A stretch of 64,000 nt of DNA from Squalus acanthias (taxonomy: Eukaryota), in NCBI GenBank assembly GCA_030390025.1, contig CM059431.1:110610001-110674000 (forward strand), in the 5' to 3' direction. Below are positions 13,112 through 26,609 of this stretch, piece after piece. Position 1 is the first letter of the stretch. Each line of letters starts with the position of its first letter. The translations under genes and the position numbers were made by a program. Below the pieces are notes generated by a model. The model did no database searches, had not been told where the DNA came from, and saw nothing but the letters and a program-made list of their open reading frames with translations.

Positions 13112-14649
13112 GGCCGGAATTTTACCGCCGCTGAGAGGATGGGATCAGAGACGGGTCAGCTGTGAAAATGGAAATGATTTGACAGCAGGTAGGGAACCCG
13201 CTGTCAACCCGGCAACACGCGAGTCTCCCAGGTCCTGCCTCGGTAGGCGAAATCGCGGCCCATGTGTCAGCCAATGAGTTGGAGGTGGGGCAGCAGTCTA
13301 TTTCACAGCAAACAAAGTCTATTTACTCAGCAAATAATGTCTAATTAAACAGTGCACTACAGCAAACAGTCTACAGAGTCTATTCAGTGCTGAACAGACC
13401 TGACACCAAGCGTTGGGGGAGGCAATTGACATCATTAAATGCATTGTTAAGATGCAATTAAGTCTTATTTTAAGCTCACCGTTAGATTTTAGACTTCGCC
13501 AACAGCTTCCCCGCTGCTCGGGGATCACGTCAGGTAAGGAGGTCGGGTGTTGTGTCAGCATGGGATGATTTACTAAATTGACAGCTGCAAATGGTCTATA
13601 AATGCTCCCATTTCATAGGTCTTCACCTTCCAAGGTTAGAAGCTGTTGCTTACTGCATTTGGAAGACAGAGTGAGCTTTATGCAGCTAACAAGTGTTTGG
13701 AACTAACTCTCTATCCAGTGTCACCTCATTGGAACAACCTCTCTCACCATTGACAGATCGCTTCTGTCATCTCAACCTCACCTGCCATCTATTCCATCAG
13801 CATCGGTGCCCTTGAAAAAATCTCACATTGGTCCTCAGAATCCCACCACGATCAGCCCCAACACCAGCATCATTGGGCACACCAGCAGCACCAACAACAC
13901 CAACCTTCTCCGCAATCACCTGAGGCTGCACAGGACACGGAGCATCAGCACCCGACCACATTGCTGCCCGGGAGGCCAGGAATGGCCTCACCATGGCCAG
14001 ATTTACTTCACTTAATGTTGTACACCCTGGCTGCCATATGATGCGCCAGGTTTGTACCACCCCACACCAACGCATAAAGCATCCCTACAATACCCAGGCC
14101 TTTCTTTCACACTCATCACCATTGCCGGGGGGGGGGGGGGGGGTGTACCCTTATGTCTCACCATTCACTGCAACTCACTAAGTCACTCCAAAGGTGCACA
14201 CAAATCTGTCCAAGAACGCAAAGTGTTGAAAATAAAGATTTCAATGTTTGACAGCACGTTAACAGAAACTTCACATGAACATTGGCTAAAACACACAACT
14301 GCCTACCCTTGTGTGCCCATTGGAAGGGAAGAGAACCTCCCTGCATGCTGTGACTGGAGGGAGTCATGGGAGAGCCTGGGTGTAGCCGTGCACCTTTGTG
14401 CAGTGCTTGTCAGTGTTTGCAGCACCTCAATGCTGTAGAACACTGACAGCACAGCTGTCAAAATCAGTTTGACATGGCCCCTTTAAAGAAACCGGCTGAT
14501 GACGTGTCATCAAATGACATCATCAGAGCCACTACCTTTTAATTGGCCGGGAACCTCACTGGGCGGGCTTAATAAGCCCCATCAATGTAAAATCACTTCA
14601 ACAGAGCGGGATGGAGCAGGCAGCAGCCTCGGTAGGCAAAATCATGGCC
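13112..14649. mobile_element. Rearranged Harbinger-like non-autonomous element
   Basis: TIR-like ends GGCCGGAATTTTACCG / CGGTAGGCAAAATCATGGCC; subterminal similarity to 28730-28900; internal copy of the right end. Confidence 0.55.
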
Positions 14650-15123
14650 GATGTGTCAGCCAATGAATTGGAGGTGGGGCGGCAGTCTATTTCACAGCAA
14701 ATAATATCTAATTAAACAGTGCACTACAGCAAACAGTCTACAGAGTCTATTTAAAAAGAGTCTCTGCAATCTAGAGGAAACAGAATTTATGACCGAAATT
14801 TCAACAACTTCTCCTGATAAAATCTCGTCAATTTCTCCAGCAAAATGCAGTGAGTGGAGGATAGTTACACAATACAAATTTTGTGTATAAAATCAATCTC
14901 AGTCACTTACAGCAGTGCGGTCTGCAGGTATGATTAAAGGTGGATTATCCAGTCATCTCCATTCTGGCTGGGAATAGTAGTGTTACTATATACAACTGAT
15001 TTTGTTAGCAGGTCATTAATTATGGACAAAATGGTCATACTTCAGGATTTTTTTGCCACTTTTCCAAAGAAAGGATTTGGGAAACAGCAGAGTTACTTTT
15101 AATGTTGTCTTTTTAAAAACAAA

Positions 15124-15340
15124 GGGGTAACAATTCGATTGCTTTGCGCCTCCCGGGGCGCTAACGGGGCGGAAAGCAACTAACACCCGGGCACGGCGCC
15201 GCCCACGCCTCCTGCGAAATTCAGCGGGAGGTTAGCAGCGGCGCTAACCGGTAGCACCCCGCTTCCCTCTTGGGGCGCAACCACTCAATTTCCGGCATGG
15301 GGGCGCTAATTTTTCCAGGGCGCTACTCAATTTTTAGCCC
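15124..15340. mobile_element. GC-rich MITE (Harbinger-like)
   Basis: TIRs GGGGTAACAATT / AATTTTTAGCCC, AAA on both flanks, repeated GGCGCTA motifs. Confidence 0.6.
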
Positions 15341-16056
15341 AAAGTGTATTTTCACTTTTTTTTAAATCACCTATATGCTAAATTGAAGTTGTTTTCCTCA
15401 GAGGCTAAACAATTAGCAATCAGTTTGCTGGTCTGGGTAATCACAAAAAACAATTCACGTCCACTGTGTTGCAAAGTCTTTTGATCCCTGCCTGTCAGCG
15501 AACCAGAGGGGAAATAAAGAGAGGAGACAGGCTTTTAGAAATAGGAAGGCTGCAAGGGCAGTCAGGCTTTTAAACTGGGAGCTGCAAAATCTTTAGGCAG
15601 GCTCAAAGTCACAGATGCTCAAGTAACGTGATCATGGGGAAGCATGGCATATGTTATTAATTTTGTATCATTATGCAAAGAGAAGTTGTATAAATTGAAC
15701 AAAGTGAATCTGATCCTAACTGTTGCTCTGTATGTTCACTCGGCATGAAGTCAAGCCTTCTCTCATCACGCGTTAACTCAGCCCACCACTGGAGAGATTT
15801 GAAGGAGTGCATGTGCAAAAGACGTGAATCTCAGGTCCAGATCGCAAGGAGGATGCTATTGTTATGTTCCTGGGTTACACTATTGTACAATTACGTACAT
15901 GTCAGTATGAGTCGACTCCAATAAAGGTAAGGCATTCAAACCACTTGCAAGAGTGACTGACATCACTGAACCTGAGAGAGTAGACCCGGATTCGTAACAT
16001 GGGCATTCTCCCATCTTCCATTCAAACTCTCCTTCAAACAGTGTAAGTGGCAGTGG

Positions 16057-16059
<3 letters not shown>

Positions 16060-16098
<39 letters not shown>
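16060..16098. repeat. (CA)n microsatellite
   Basis: Directly visible. Confidence 0.95.
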
Positions 16099-16101
<3 letters not shown>

Positions 16102-16617
16102 CCAATCTGCAAAAATGGTGCGTAATAAATCAGCATGGCACCAGAAATCTGGCTTTTTCCCTGGGGCTGTCAAGCAAACAAATCATTTATTTTAAACGAA
16201 TGAGAGAGATTTCCGCCTTCAATGGAATGAAAGTGAGGTAGGGTTCCATTACGGGCGGGCAGGCGGGCGATCTGTTCCACCAGATTACCGCCCAGATGAC
16301 GAAGACGAATACCTACCTCAGCACAACCTGAACAATCTGGTGGAATTTAAAGCTCTGCTCGCCAACCCATCCACCTCCATCCTCTGACAATAGCTTCAGA
16401 GTACAGTAGTGCGAAAACATTGATTTACTGCGTGATTTTACTAAAGCTCAAAAAACAGGAAATTATACCACTTTTAAACTGAAAGATGCAAACTATATAG
16501 GTTTCAAAGTGTTTTAAAACCACCCATCCACCCACTGCCTCGAGATTTCCCTCAACCCACATATTGAGAATGTTCCATATGAAGACCATATTTTGCAGCT
16601 GAGGCATTTCATTTGCC

Positions 16618-17490
16618 CAACAACTTGCATTTTATATAGCAGCTGTAATGTAGAAAATGACCCAAAGTGCTTTACATGGGAGGTGGGTGGGGGGGGGGGG
16701 GGGTGCAAAATAAAAAAATAAAGAGAGATAATAAAAGTAATAAGGAGGCATGCGATGAGCCCTGGTTCCAGAGTTAAAAGAGTTAACCAAAGGCTTGATC
16801 AAAAAGATGGGTTTTGGGGAGAGATTTGGTGCAGTGGGGAGAGGCAGAAGGGAGTACAAGATAGTAGGGCCGAGGCTGCTGAAGGCTCTGCCATCAATGG
16901 CGGGGGGGGGGTCAGAGTTAGACAACTAAATGTTGTAGGAGGGGGTGTAAAACTGGAGAAGGTTGCTGAGACAAGGTGGAGTGAGACCATAAAGGAATTT
17001 GAAGATGAGGATTTTAAATGTAATCCATTGAAGGGTAGGAAGCTAATGTACGTGAAGAAGGAGGAGAGTGACGGATGAGCTGTATTTAGAGTGCAAGAGG
17101 ATCTGGGCAGCTGAGCTTTAAACAAGTTCGAGCATATTGAAGGTAGAAATTTGGAAGCCAGCAGGGAAGACATTGAGGAAAATCAAGTCAAGAGGGGCCA
17201 AGGGCACGGATAAGAGTGCCAGTTCCAGTGGGTGTGAGGTAGATATGGAGGTGGATGATTTTGTGGAGGTGTATGTAAATAGTTTTAGTGATGGATAGGA
17301 GGTGGGGTTGAAGCATTGGATCTAAAAGGATGCCAAAGTTTTGTACCATCTCCTTCAGCCATAAATACATGGCCAAGGAAGTGGATAGTGTTGATGGGAA
17401 GGGAACAGTGTTTCTGGCGAGGGCCAAAATGACAGCTTTGGGTTCCTAATGTTCAACGAAGAATAATCGTACCCAAGCAATATCAAAGTT
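16618..17490 (-). mobile_element. Old L2 LINE 3' fragment
   Basis: (CAA)n tail, GRAFSSLGP motif, degenerate match to 54545-55000. Confidence 0.7.
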
Positions 17491-17515
17491 GCTTTACATT
17501 TAAACGTGCATTTTA

Positions 17516-17590
17516 TTACATAGGAACAGGGGTAGGCCATTCATCCCCTCGAGCCTGTTCCAATATTCAATTAGTTCATGGCTGATTTGT
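17516..17590 (-). mobile_element. CR1 3' tail fragment
   Basis: GTAGGCCATTCATCCCCTCGAGCCTGTTCC...CATGGCTGAT motif. Confidence 0.75.
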
Positions 17591-17838
17591 TTTAACACAT
17601 CAATTATATAACCCTAATAAACTAGTTACATTCAAATAAATATATGATAGAGTTGCTGCAGGCCTATTCCAACATCTAGCCAAAACACAAGTCCCATTTA
17701 TATTATTTATAATTCAAGTATTATTAATGCTAACTTTCCATTCTGTGTGATGTCCAAAGTACTGCATATCTGATTGGCTGTAGTGTGTTCTATTTGGGCT
17801 TTTAATGGCATTGGCACGCTGCTCAATAACGTTATGTT

Positions 17839-18100
17839 AGAATCATAGAATGGTTACAGCACAGAAGGAAGCCATTCGGCCCGTCAAGCCTGTGCCGGCT
17901 CTCTGCAAGAGCACTTCAGCTAGTCCCACTCCCCCGCCCTTTCCCCGTAGCCCTGCAAATTCTTTTCCTTCAGGTACTTAGCCAATTCCCTTTTGAAAGC
18001 CACGATTGAATCTGTCTCCACCACCCTCTCAGGCAATGCATTCCAGATCCTAACCACTCGCTGTGTAAAAATGTTTTTCCTCATGTCGCCTTTGGTTCTT
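17839..18100 (-). mobile_element. CR1 3' fragment (second subfamily, ATTCTATG tail)
   Basis: Reverse-complement homologue of 53850-54055. Confidence 0.8.
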
Positions 18101-18112
18101 CTGGCTGTGATA

Positions 18113-18268
18113 TTTCCTCCCTAAACCTCTCCACCACTCTCTTCTCCTTCAAACCTACCTCATTGACCAACCTGTGCTAAAATCTCCTCATGTGGTTTGG
18201 TGTCAAATTTTGTTTGATATTGCTTATGTGAAGCATCTTGCATATAAGTGCAAGTTGGTGTTGTTGTG
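18113..18268 (+). mobile_element. L2 3' tail fragment
   Basis: Matches the end of 54545-55000. Confidence 0.7.
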
Positions 18269-21213
18269 TTAGCCAGTAAAATATCTTTCACCATCACTTC
18301 TTGCCTAGTCACATTATACAGAACTGTTACAATCTCTTAAATTTGCACCAATTTTCCCTCTAATGAAAAATAGTCCGATGTGATTTAGACTTCATCCTGA
18401 TGGGTATGCATAGGACGTGTAGCAGTCTTCACCTCAGTCTTCACTCCCAGTAACCCCTGGGCTTTGCATATACCCAAGTGTACACACGTCCTGGTCCCAC
18501 ATTTGCCTGCTCCTACTGGACGCGATCCAATTCTTACACGCGGCAATACCTCCTTGTGAGCAATGCCACAGGGGATCCATTCATTTGATATTTCTCATAG
18601 CTACTGTAAGCATTTCCTTTCCACAACCACTAATAGAGGTGGCACACATCAGTGATCAAAGAAGTGCAGCTCCACACTGACTGCTAGCATATAATGGTAG
18701 TCTGAACTGACCACACTGGGAGAAGAGACACATGTGGAAGCTGTAACACAATCTGGAGGTGCCGATGAACATATAAAATGTACCTGTAATTGGGGATGTT
18801 ATCTGAACACCTCAATTATGCTGCAGTTTTGTAGACTTTATTGAACTTTTATTCACTGTAATGTAGTCTCCAAAATATGCATTGTAGAAATTAGAAGTTT
18901 TGACTAAGATGTCTATTTTTTTAAATTGCAGTTAAATCTCTATTCAGGATCTGACACCCACCCCGCCCAGTATATGAGCTACAGCTGGGATGCAAAGCCA
19001 AAGCTGGCTCTTCTTTTGATGTCAGTCTAGCATCCAGTGCCAAAATGAACTAATGGAACAAGAAGCTACTTAAACAATTTGTCACTGGGCACCAGGTCAA
19101 CAAACTTCAGAAGCATAATCCTCTTTTGATCTGTCTAAAGGAGCCTCGAGTACTGTGAAGGAAATGTCACCTGCAAGGAAAACAGGTGGAGAGGAAATTT
19201 GTAAAAGAAAGACAAAAAGAGAGAGAAACTATTCCATCATCGACTTCTTCAAAGCTCTGGGGGAAAAAATGGACTGGTTCACCTGAACATGGGGAGATTT
19301 CAGATCTGAAACCTGTTGATGTCATAGCTGAGCACAAAAAACACAAGAAAGCACAAAATGGGTGAAGAGAATTCAGCACAAGAAGTCCATAACTTCCACA
19401 AGGCATGAGCAATCTGCTCTATCATGGAGTGTAATTAATTTCCTGAGGAAATGTTCTGAAAGGTTTCTCCTCATCTCTCCTCAAAGGTAACTTCAGCAAA
19501 ACTCTACAATACCATCTCACACTATATCCCAAATTATTGATCTTTAACTTTTGCCATGATTTTCCCATCATCGCAGCAGCTCATGTTCCACCATTCGACT
19601 ATCTATGTACCTATTCTTATAACCCTCATTCCATTCTACAAGATAAGTGGCTTCCGTAACAGGTTGGAACAGTGTAGACTTTACACTCCCTATAAATGCT
19701 TACAAGACGCAACGTAGGCCACACATCACCATGAGTCATTTGTGCCACTGACATCAGTACTGATGAAAAAGGTCACCATTAGGAATTTTCACTGTCATTG
19801 ATTCTCTTAATTTCAAGGAAGATAATAGGTATAAAGACTTCACAGTTTTGGGAAGCAGCAACAATCCTTTTCATAGTGTGCATAATGTTACATAATGCAG
19901 AATAGAATTTCCCTTTTGTCATTGTTGGAACTGAACCGTCATCTTGCCTTTACTAGCTGAATGACAAATAGAAGATATTCTGTTGTTTAAAAAAAATTAA
20001 GGACAAATTTACAAATTTCCTCTCCAGCTGTTTTCTTTGCATGTGACATTTCCTTCGCAATACTAGAGGCTCCTTTAGCCAGATCCAAAGAGAATTTTGC
20101 TTCTGAAGTTTGTACGTCTGGACAACAACCCTGAATTCCCACAAATTCTTTACAAGACTAGATGAATTTTAAATAGTTGCTGGGGTACGCTGTCCCCTTT
20201 TAAAAATTCTTTGGGCCAAACCAAATGGCTGAACACCACTTTTGTAAGTTATTACTACAGTAGGGTTTTTATTGGATAGAAAGAAGTAGTGAATAAAGCA
20301 GTCACATTAAAAACAACAAGGATTATGCTGTGTGTTTAGGATCTGAGAGTTAGTTGGGTCATATGGACATCCAATTGTGCTACTGTGACCTAGATATGAA
20401 AAACAACAATGCCAGGTAGTGGCTTGTTGTGGCTACTGTACACATGGTTCAGTGATTGCAGGCAAACCCCGAGAACAAGAGATCGGTTCCTGCCAAAATG
20501 TGTATGCAGATAGCTTCAGTTAATTGGGATATGATTAATGGGGGAATGACATTATAAGCAATGTACTGTCATGTACTAAAGGCACAAATGAATGTTGTTG
20601 ACCTGGGTTTTCCTGCTTGCAAGCCAGAAGTTGCTGGATGTGGAAAAAAAAGACACCTACATCTAAGCTATTTAGAATGGTAGCAGTGAGTCTGCCATCA
20701 TCGTTTTTACCAGAATTTAAGCATTCTATGCAGTTATTTGAAACTTTCCAAAGTTAGTGTGATTAAGAATTGTGGTAGCCTTGCTGCCATCGTTGATACT
20801 GCTATAACAGCCAAGGCAGTTCTAAGGTTTTCTCATAATTGTTCTATTATAGTCCTTCACCTGTTCCCATGGGGAAAACAATGGCCCTATTATAATGTTA
20901 AATAGGACTGTATATTTGGGTAACCCAATGAACTTGCTTTAGCTCGGTGTAACAATAATGTGACAGTCTAGTGTTGTGATGATCTTGCACCCCTTTGGTT
21001 TTTTGCACTTGTGACCGCCTCTGTACACAGACACAATCTTGCAGGGCCATAAGGATTTGACAAGTGCAAGGAAACCAATAGCTGCAATCTCCAAACCATT
21101 TGAGGTCGCTATATTATGGTGCTTAGCATACTTTAAGTAACTTTTTACCAAGGCAAACTCATCGTTATCCTGAAATTTGCTGAATGGATCCCCTTGTATT
21201 TACTTCAAAAAAA

Positions 21214-21653
21214 AGACTTGCATTTCTATAGCGCCTTTCATGACCACCGGAAGTCTCAAAGTGCTTTACAGCCAATGAAGTACTCTTGAAGTGTAGTCAC
21301 TGTTGTAATGTAGGAAACGTGGCAGCCAATTTGTGCACAGCAAGCTCCCACAAACAGCAATGTGATAATGACCAGATAATTTGTTTTAGGGATGTTGGCC
21401 AGGACACCGGGGATAACTCCCCTGCTCTTTTTTGAAATAGTGCCATGGGATCTTTTAAGTCCACCTGAGAGAGCAGACAGGGCCTCGGTTTAACGTCTCA
21501 TCCAAAAGACAGCACCTCTGACAGTGCAGCACTCCTCAGTACTGCCCTGGAGTGTCAGCCTAGATTTTTGTGCTCAAGTCTCTGGAATGGGACTTGAACC
21601 CACAACCTTCTGACTCCGAGGCGAGTGTGCTGCCCACTGAGCCACAGCTGACA
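21214..21653 (-). mobile_element. SacSINE1-like DeuSINE
   Basis: Reverse complement of the 11781 family. Confidence 0.85.
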
Positions 21654-21943
21654 TGTAACATAACAGTAACATCTTCTGTTATTTTAAATTTGTTACTGTC
21701 ACATTTTTCTTGTCTCTTTCCCATGTGTGATTTGCTTCTTCTGTTCTTTTGTAACAATGGCAAGAACTAAGAGTAAATATATATACGTAAAGATAGCTTC
21801 CAATGGCTCCAGTTATGCAGGCTAAGGTATCAAGTAGGCCTACATAGTGCACCAAACACCCCTCCTCAATACCAGCCCTAGGAGCCAGGATCACTGGCCT
21901 GAACATTGGTACACATCTGGATTATCTGGAAGTTAGCACAGTA

Positions 21944-22401
21944 AAGAAAGAAAGAAAGACTTGCATTTATATAGCACCTTTCACGACCACTGGACGTCTC
22001 CAAGCTCTTTACAGCCAATTAAGTACTTTTGAAGTGTAGTCACTGTTGTAATGTAGGAAACAGTACAGCTAATTTGCACACAGCAAGCTCCCACAAACAG
22101 CAATGTGATAATGACCAGATAATCTGTTTTTGTTATGTGGATTGAGGGATAAATATTGGCCAGGACACCGGGGATAACTCCCCTGCTCTTCTTTGAAATA
22201 GTGTCATGGGATCTTTTACATCTACCTGAGAGAGTAGACGGGGCCTCAGTTTAACATCTCATCCGGAAGACGGCACCTCTGACAGTGCATCGCTCCCTCA
22301 GCACTGCACTGGAGTGCCAGCCTAGCTTTTTGTGCTCAAGTCTCTGGAGTGGGACTTGAACCTGCTAACCTCAGAGGCGAGTGTGCTACCCACTGAGCCA
22401 C
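21944..22401 (-). mobile_element. SacSINE1-like DeuSINE
   Basis: Reverse complement of the 11781 family. Confidence 0.85.
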
Positions 22402-22629
22402 ATAAGGAAAACATTCAGAACTGGATGGGAAGTAATATATTTGGCGCAATCATATTAAAAGTGACATTTAACTCTGTCGGCATTAATGCGAAACAAAAAT
22501 AAATGGATCTTTGCCCTCTGAAGTTACTGTTATTTAACAGTCATTTAACCTCCAATTCTTTCTTGTCGTGGGCACGTTTCCATTTTTTATATTGAGGAAT
22601 TGGGGTGGAAATTTTAAAAAGTGTCGATA

Positions 22630-22975
22630 GAAGGGAATCCATTTCATTATTGGAAGTTGGGTTTTGAATCCTGTACTATAGAATGAAAATCGCTCCCATT
22701 TGCCAGCTGCAACAGTCTATACAACCGCAACCCAGTTCTTAGTAAGCAGGAATTTATACCACTAGCCTGCTCATAATTGATAACAAATTACCACTAAATT
22801 GAGAATTTTATTCAGAGAGACCAGAAAGATTGTCCAGTGTCAAAAATGGAAATGTTCACACTGGTACAGTAGAGGGTGCTCCTTGGAAGTACTAGAGTTG
22901 AGGTACATTTTTTAAGGCGGAGTCGAAGGAGCAATATTCTGTACCCGGCAGTGCTGTGCCTGAAAATAACAATTC
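22630..22975 (+). mobile_element. LF-SINE-like ancient SINE relic
   Basis: Blocks CCCAGTTCTTAGTAAGCAGG, CAGAGAGACCAG and GTAGAGGGTGCTCC...GAGTTGAGGTACATT are collinear with the recalled LF-SINE consensus and with 42040-42440. Confidence 0.5.
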
Positions 22976-23828
22976 ACTCCATTCCCAGGAAACATAAGTA
23001 AATATTTTTTTTAAATGGAGGTATGCTTGTGCGTCTCGGTCTCGCACTGCAGTGCAGCTCACATTCACCCCATGCTTCGTACTCATTTAAAAAAAAAAGT
23101 TCTGGCCCTTCCCCGCACAAAAAATAAATCTCATGCCGTAGCCATTATTGAGTTGTGATTAAGAACGAGCGAACCCAGTCTTGAGCCAGATGTTTGGGCT
23201 TGGTTCAATTTGGGGTCAAACCGAGCCACCAAAGTACAAGCTAGATGACGAACATCGCAACCTTGTCAAAACTTGCCTCGGCTTCATGATGTTCTCTGGT
23301 GTTCTCACAGAGCAGAGAGTCTATAAATGTTCAAACGAATTTCAAACCTAATTCTGGTTCCAACAAGTCTGCTAGATATGGATGGGTTCAACATTTCATT
23401 AATAAAGCGTTATTGGCTTTCTGTGTTCACCAATTGTACTACAAAATTTGTTGGAGCACGAGGGGCACTTTATACCTAACTGAATTTTCTTTTATAAACC
23501 ACTATATAAATGTTGCACTGTGTTAATGCCTGTGACATAACATCATGCAACCTATAATAATGTTAAAACATCTGTAAGTTAAGAATATGCCAAAGTACTT
23601 GAAAGGATCAAGAATGTGCAGTGGTTGAGTTACACGGATGTATAATATACAATCCAACAGGATGCATGTAAGGATGAAAGTCCTATTTTTCCAAAAAAAT
23701 GGAAAAATACTTGTTTTTTTGTTGAAGTTAATAAACCATTAACAAAATAACAAGAATGCGCATTCTCCAAACATTGATTCCTAAAAATGTGACTTCATTA
23801 GTGGTAGCAGCCAATGATGCATCTAAAA

Positions 23829-24300
23829 GACAGACAGACTAGCATTAATACATAGCCTTTCACGACCTCAGGACGTCCCAAAGCACTTTACAACCAATTA
23901 AGTACTTTTTTTGAAGTGTAGTCACTGTTGTAATGTAGGAAACATGGCAGCCAATTTGCACACAGCAAGCTCCCACAAACAGTAATGTGATAATGATCAG
24001 ATAATTTTTTTTTTTAATGTTGATCGAGGGATAAATATTGGCCAGGACACCGGGGATAACTCCCCTGCTCTTCTTCAAAATAGTGCCATAGGATCTTTTA
24101 CGTCCACCTGAGAGGGCAGACGGGGCCTCGGTTTAACGTCTCATCTGAAAGACAGCACCTCCGACAGTGCAGCAATCCCTCAGTACTGCCCTGGAGTGTC
24201 AACCTAGATTTTTGTGCTCAAGTCTCTGGAGTGGGACTTGAACCCACAACCTTCTGGCTCGGCGGTGAGAGAGTGCTGCCCACTGAGCCACGGCTGACAC
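23829..24300 (-). mobile_element. SacSINE1-like DeuSINE
   Basis: Reverse complement of the 11781 family. Confidence 0.85.
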
Positions 24301-24427
24301 CTGACATCTGCAACAACACTTCAGAAACGGCTGACAAGTCACATAACTGCTTAAAAATTGCAAATAAAATGTGTTAATCCAGCTGTGGAGGATGCACTAG
24401 TACTAGACAATGACTCAATGCCAACTG

Positions 24428-24640
24428 AGAAAGTTTAATTGCGACATCGATGCACTGCAAGTCACCATGAACTTTCTAATAGAGAATCGTGAGGATATTT
24501 TTAGTGGGGGAGGCTAGCCCCCAAAGTATGCAAGCAGAGGATACATCACAGAGATATGATGTGTTGTGTAAGTAACCAAAAGGACCTAAATGCAAGTGAG
24601 AAAAACAATGCATGACTTAAGGAAGAGCACAAAGACATGA
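24428..24640 (+). pseudogene. Second decayed Myb/SANT-like (Harbinger accessory) ORF
   Basis: One frame with stops: RKFNCDIDALQVTMNFLIENREDIFSGGG*PP...TKRT*MQVRKTMHDLRKSTK. Confidence 0.35.
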
Positions 24641-24800
24641 ATATTATTGTAAATAGTAACACAGGAAAAAAATATATATATATATGGAAAGCTGTGCTTG
24701 TAAAAGGCAGATGGAAAAATGCTGCACTGACAGGAATATTAGCGAGAATGTTGGAAGTAAAATATTAAAAGTAAAAATAGCAGGGTTACGCTAATCACAT

Positions 24801-25593
24801 TGGCCCGTAATTTGCGGTCAGCAGCGAAGCAAAGCCGTTCGCCCCAAAGAAAGCTACCCACAGAGATCTCGCAATCTCTGTGATGAGAAGTTTGTCCTTT
24901 TCCGACGTTCAACTGATTGCAGCGCTCTGTAATGGGAATTCCTATGGCGATGCTGCAGTGACGACAACAAGCTGTCTAAGCAGCCAATCACATTGAAGAA
25001 TTCTCACAGACAGGAAACCAGGAAATGAGAAGCTGCTTTTATCCGGACTTTTAAAAAATGTTACAGAGAGCGAAATAAAGATTGTGACTCTCACGTGGGG
25101 ATAAGGTAGAAGCTAAAATAACATGGACAAACTTTAAAAGAAAAGTTAAAAGTTTTTTTTTAAATTGTAAGTTTTATCATAATGGAGAAATTTGACACTC
25201 CACAAATATAAAAATTAGTTTTTCAGGGCTATAATGCTTAGTTATCAGTCAATACACGGTTAAAACTGTAGTTACACCTATTCCAACAAAGCTCAACATT
25301 TAATGGGGTATTTACCAGCGATATTACCACGGAAAAACCCAAGTTCTCATCAGTTTCACTGATTTCACTGATTGCCGGCTTTGGGAGGGTGGGGGGTGGG
25401 GGGGGGGGGGGGGGGAGGCGGAGGTGGTCCACAGCGCAGCCAGTGTCGGAGCAGTGAATGATTGACCGCAACTTCAGGATTTCCGCATGTAGATGCGCAT
25501 GCGCTAAATCCTGAAGTTGCGGTCAGTTTCAGAGGGGTAATGACGGCGAACGCTGGTAGTTTGTCATCATTACCTACTGCAAATTCTGGGCCA
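24801..25593. mobile_element. TIR element (Harbinger-like MITE)
   Basis: TIRs TGGCCCGTAATTTGCGGT / ACTGCAAATTCTGGGCCA. Confidence 0.65.
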
Positions 25594-25610
25594 AAATAAA
25601 TGCCTGGAGT

Positions 25611-26092
25611 TGTCAGCTGTAGCTCAGTGGGTAGCACTCTCACCTCTGAGTCAGAAGGTTGTGGGTTCAAGTCCCACTCCAGAGACTGGAGCACAAAAAA
25701 AAAATCGAGGCCAACACTCCAGGGCAGTGCTGAGGGAGCGCTGCACTGTCTGGAGGTGCAGTCTTTCAGATGAGACATTAGGACAGATGGGACTTCGGTT
25801 TATCAGCTGAATGTAAAAGTTCCCGTGGCACTATTCGAAGAAGAGCAGGGGAGTTTTCCCCGGTGTCCTGGCCAATATTTATCACTCAACCAACGTCACT
25901 AAAACAGATTATCTGGTCATTATCACATTGCTGTTTGTGGGAGCTTGCTGTGCACAAATTGGCTGTCGCGTTTCCCACATTACAAGAGTGACTACACTTC
26001 AAAACCACTTAATTGGCTGTAAAGTGCTTTGGGATGTGCTGAGGTTGCAGAAGGCATTATATAAATTAATTTCTTTCTTTATTTCTTTCTTT
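25611..26092 (+). mobile_element. SacSINE1-like DeuSINE (contains a micro-inversion)
   Basis: Same family as 11781. Confidence 0.85.
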
Positions 26093-26609
26093 CTGAAGAC
26101 AATGTACTATTAGCAGCAATATTCGTGGGTTAAATCACCATGTCTCAATCCCCACTGCTCTTAGCAAAACTGGTACATAATCAGATGTTGCAGCGTGGAA
26201 CAGGTGGTGGACACCAAGAACATAAACTACTTGACCTCCTATCGGGAGGCAATTGTTGAGTTTGTTTTGAAGGGAATCTAGCATTTGGAAGCAGAAGTTA
26301 GCATTAATCCCAGAACACATGGTATGTACCATATTATTCCCACATTCTGTGATTGGCACAATGTGTCATAAGAATATATCAGTGATTGTGCTCTATTAAT
26401 AAAGCATTTAATGACACTGCAGTATCCATATGGATAAATGTGATTATGGACTCATGATGTGCCATCTGCTCTCTTCACAGAGTAAGCAGAACACTGCTGA
26501 CCTGCAGTCGAAGCCAAACAGCATGCTCAATAGCACACCAATCATCCCTGCCCACACTTGAATCATTTGCCAGCACAGACACATACACTCAAGAAGAAGA
26601 TTTTTTGTC

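Noticed and set aside
13797..14075. CAG/CAC-rich ORFs as a gene
   Set aside because: Low-complexity sequence inside a TIR element; no recognisable domain.
15880..16241. CVCVCV / HTHTHT ORFs
   Set aside because: Translation of a (CA)n microsatellite.
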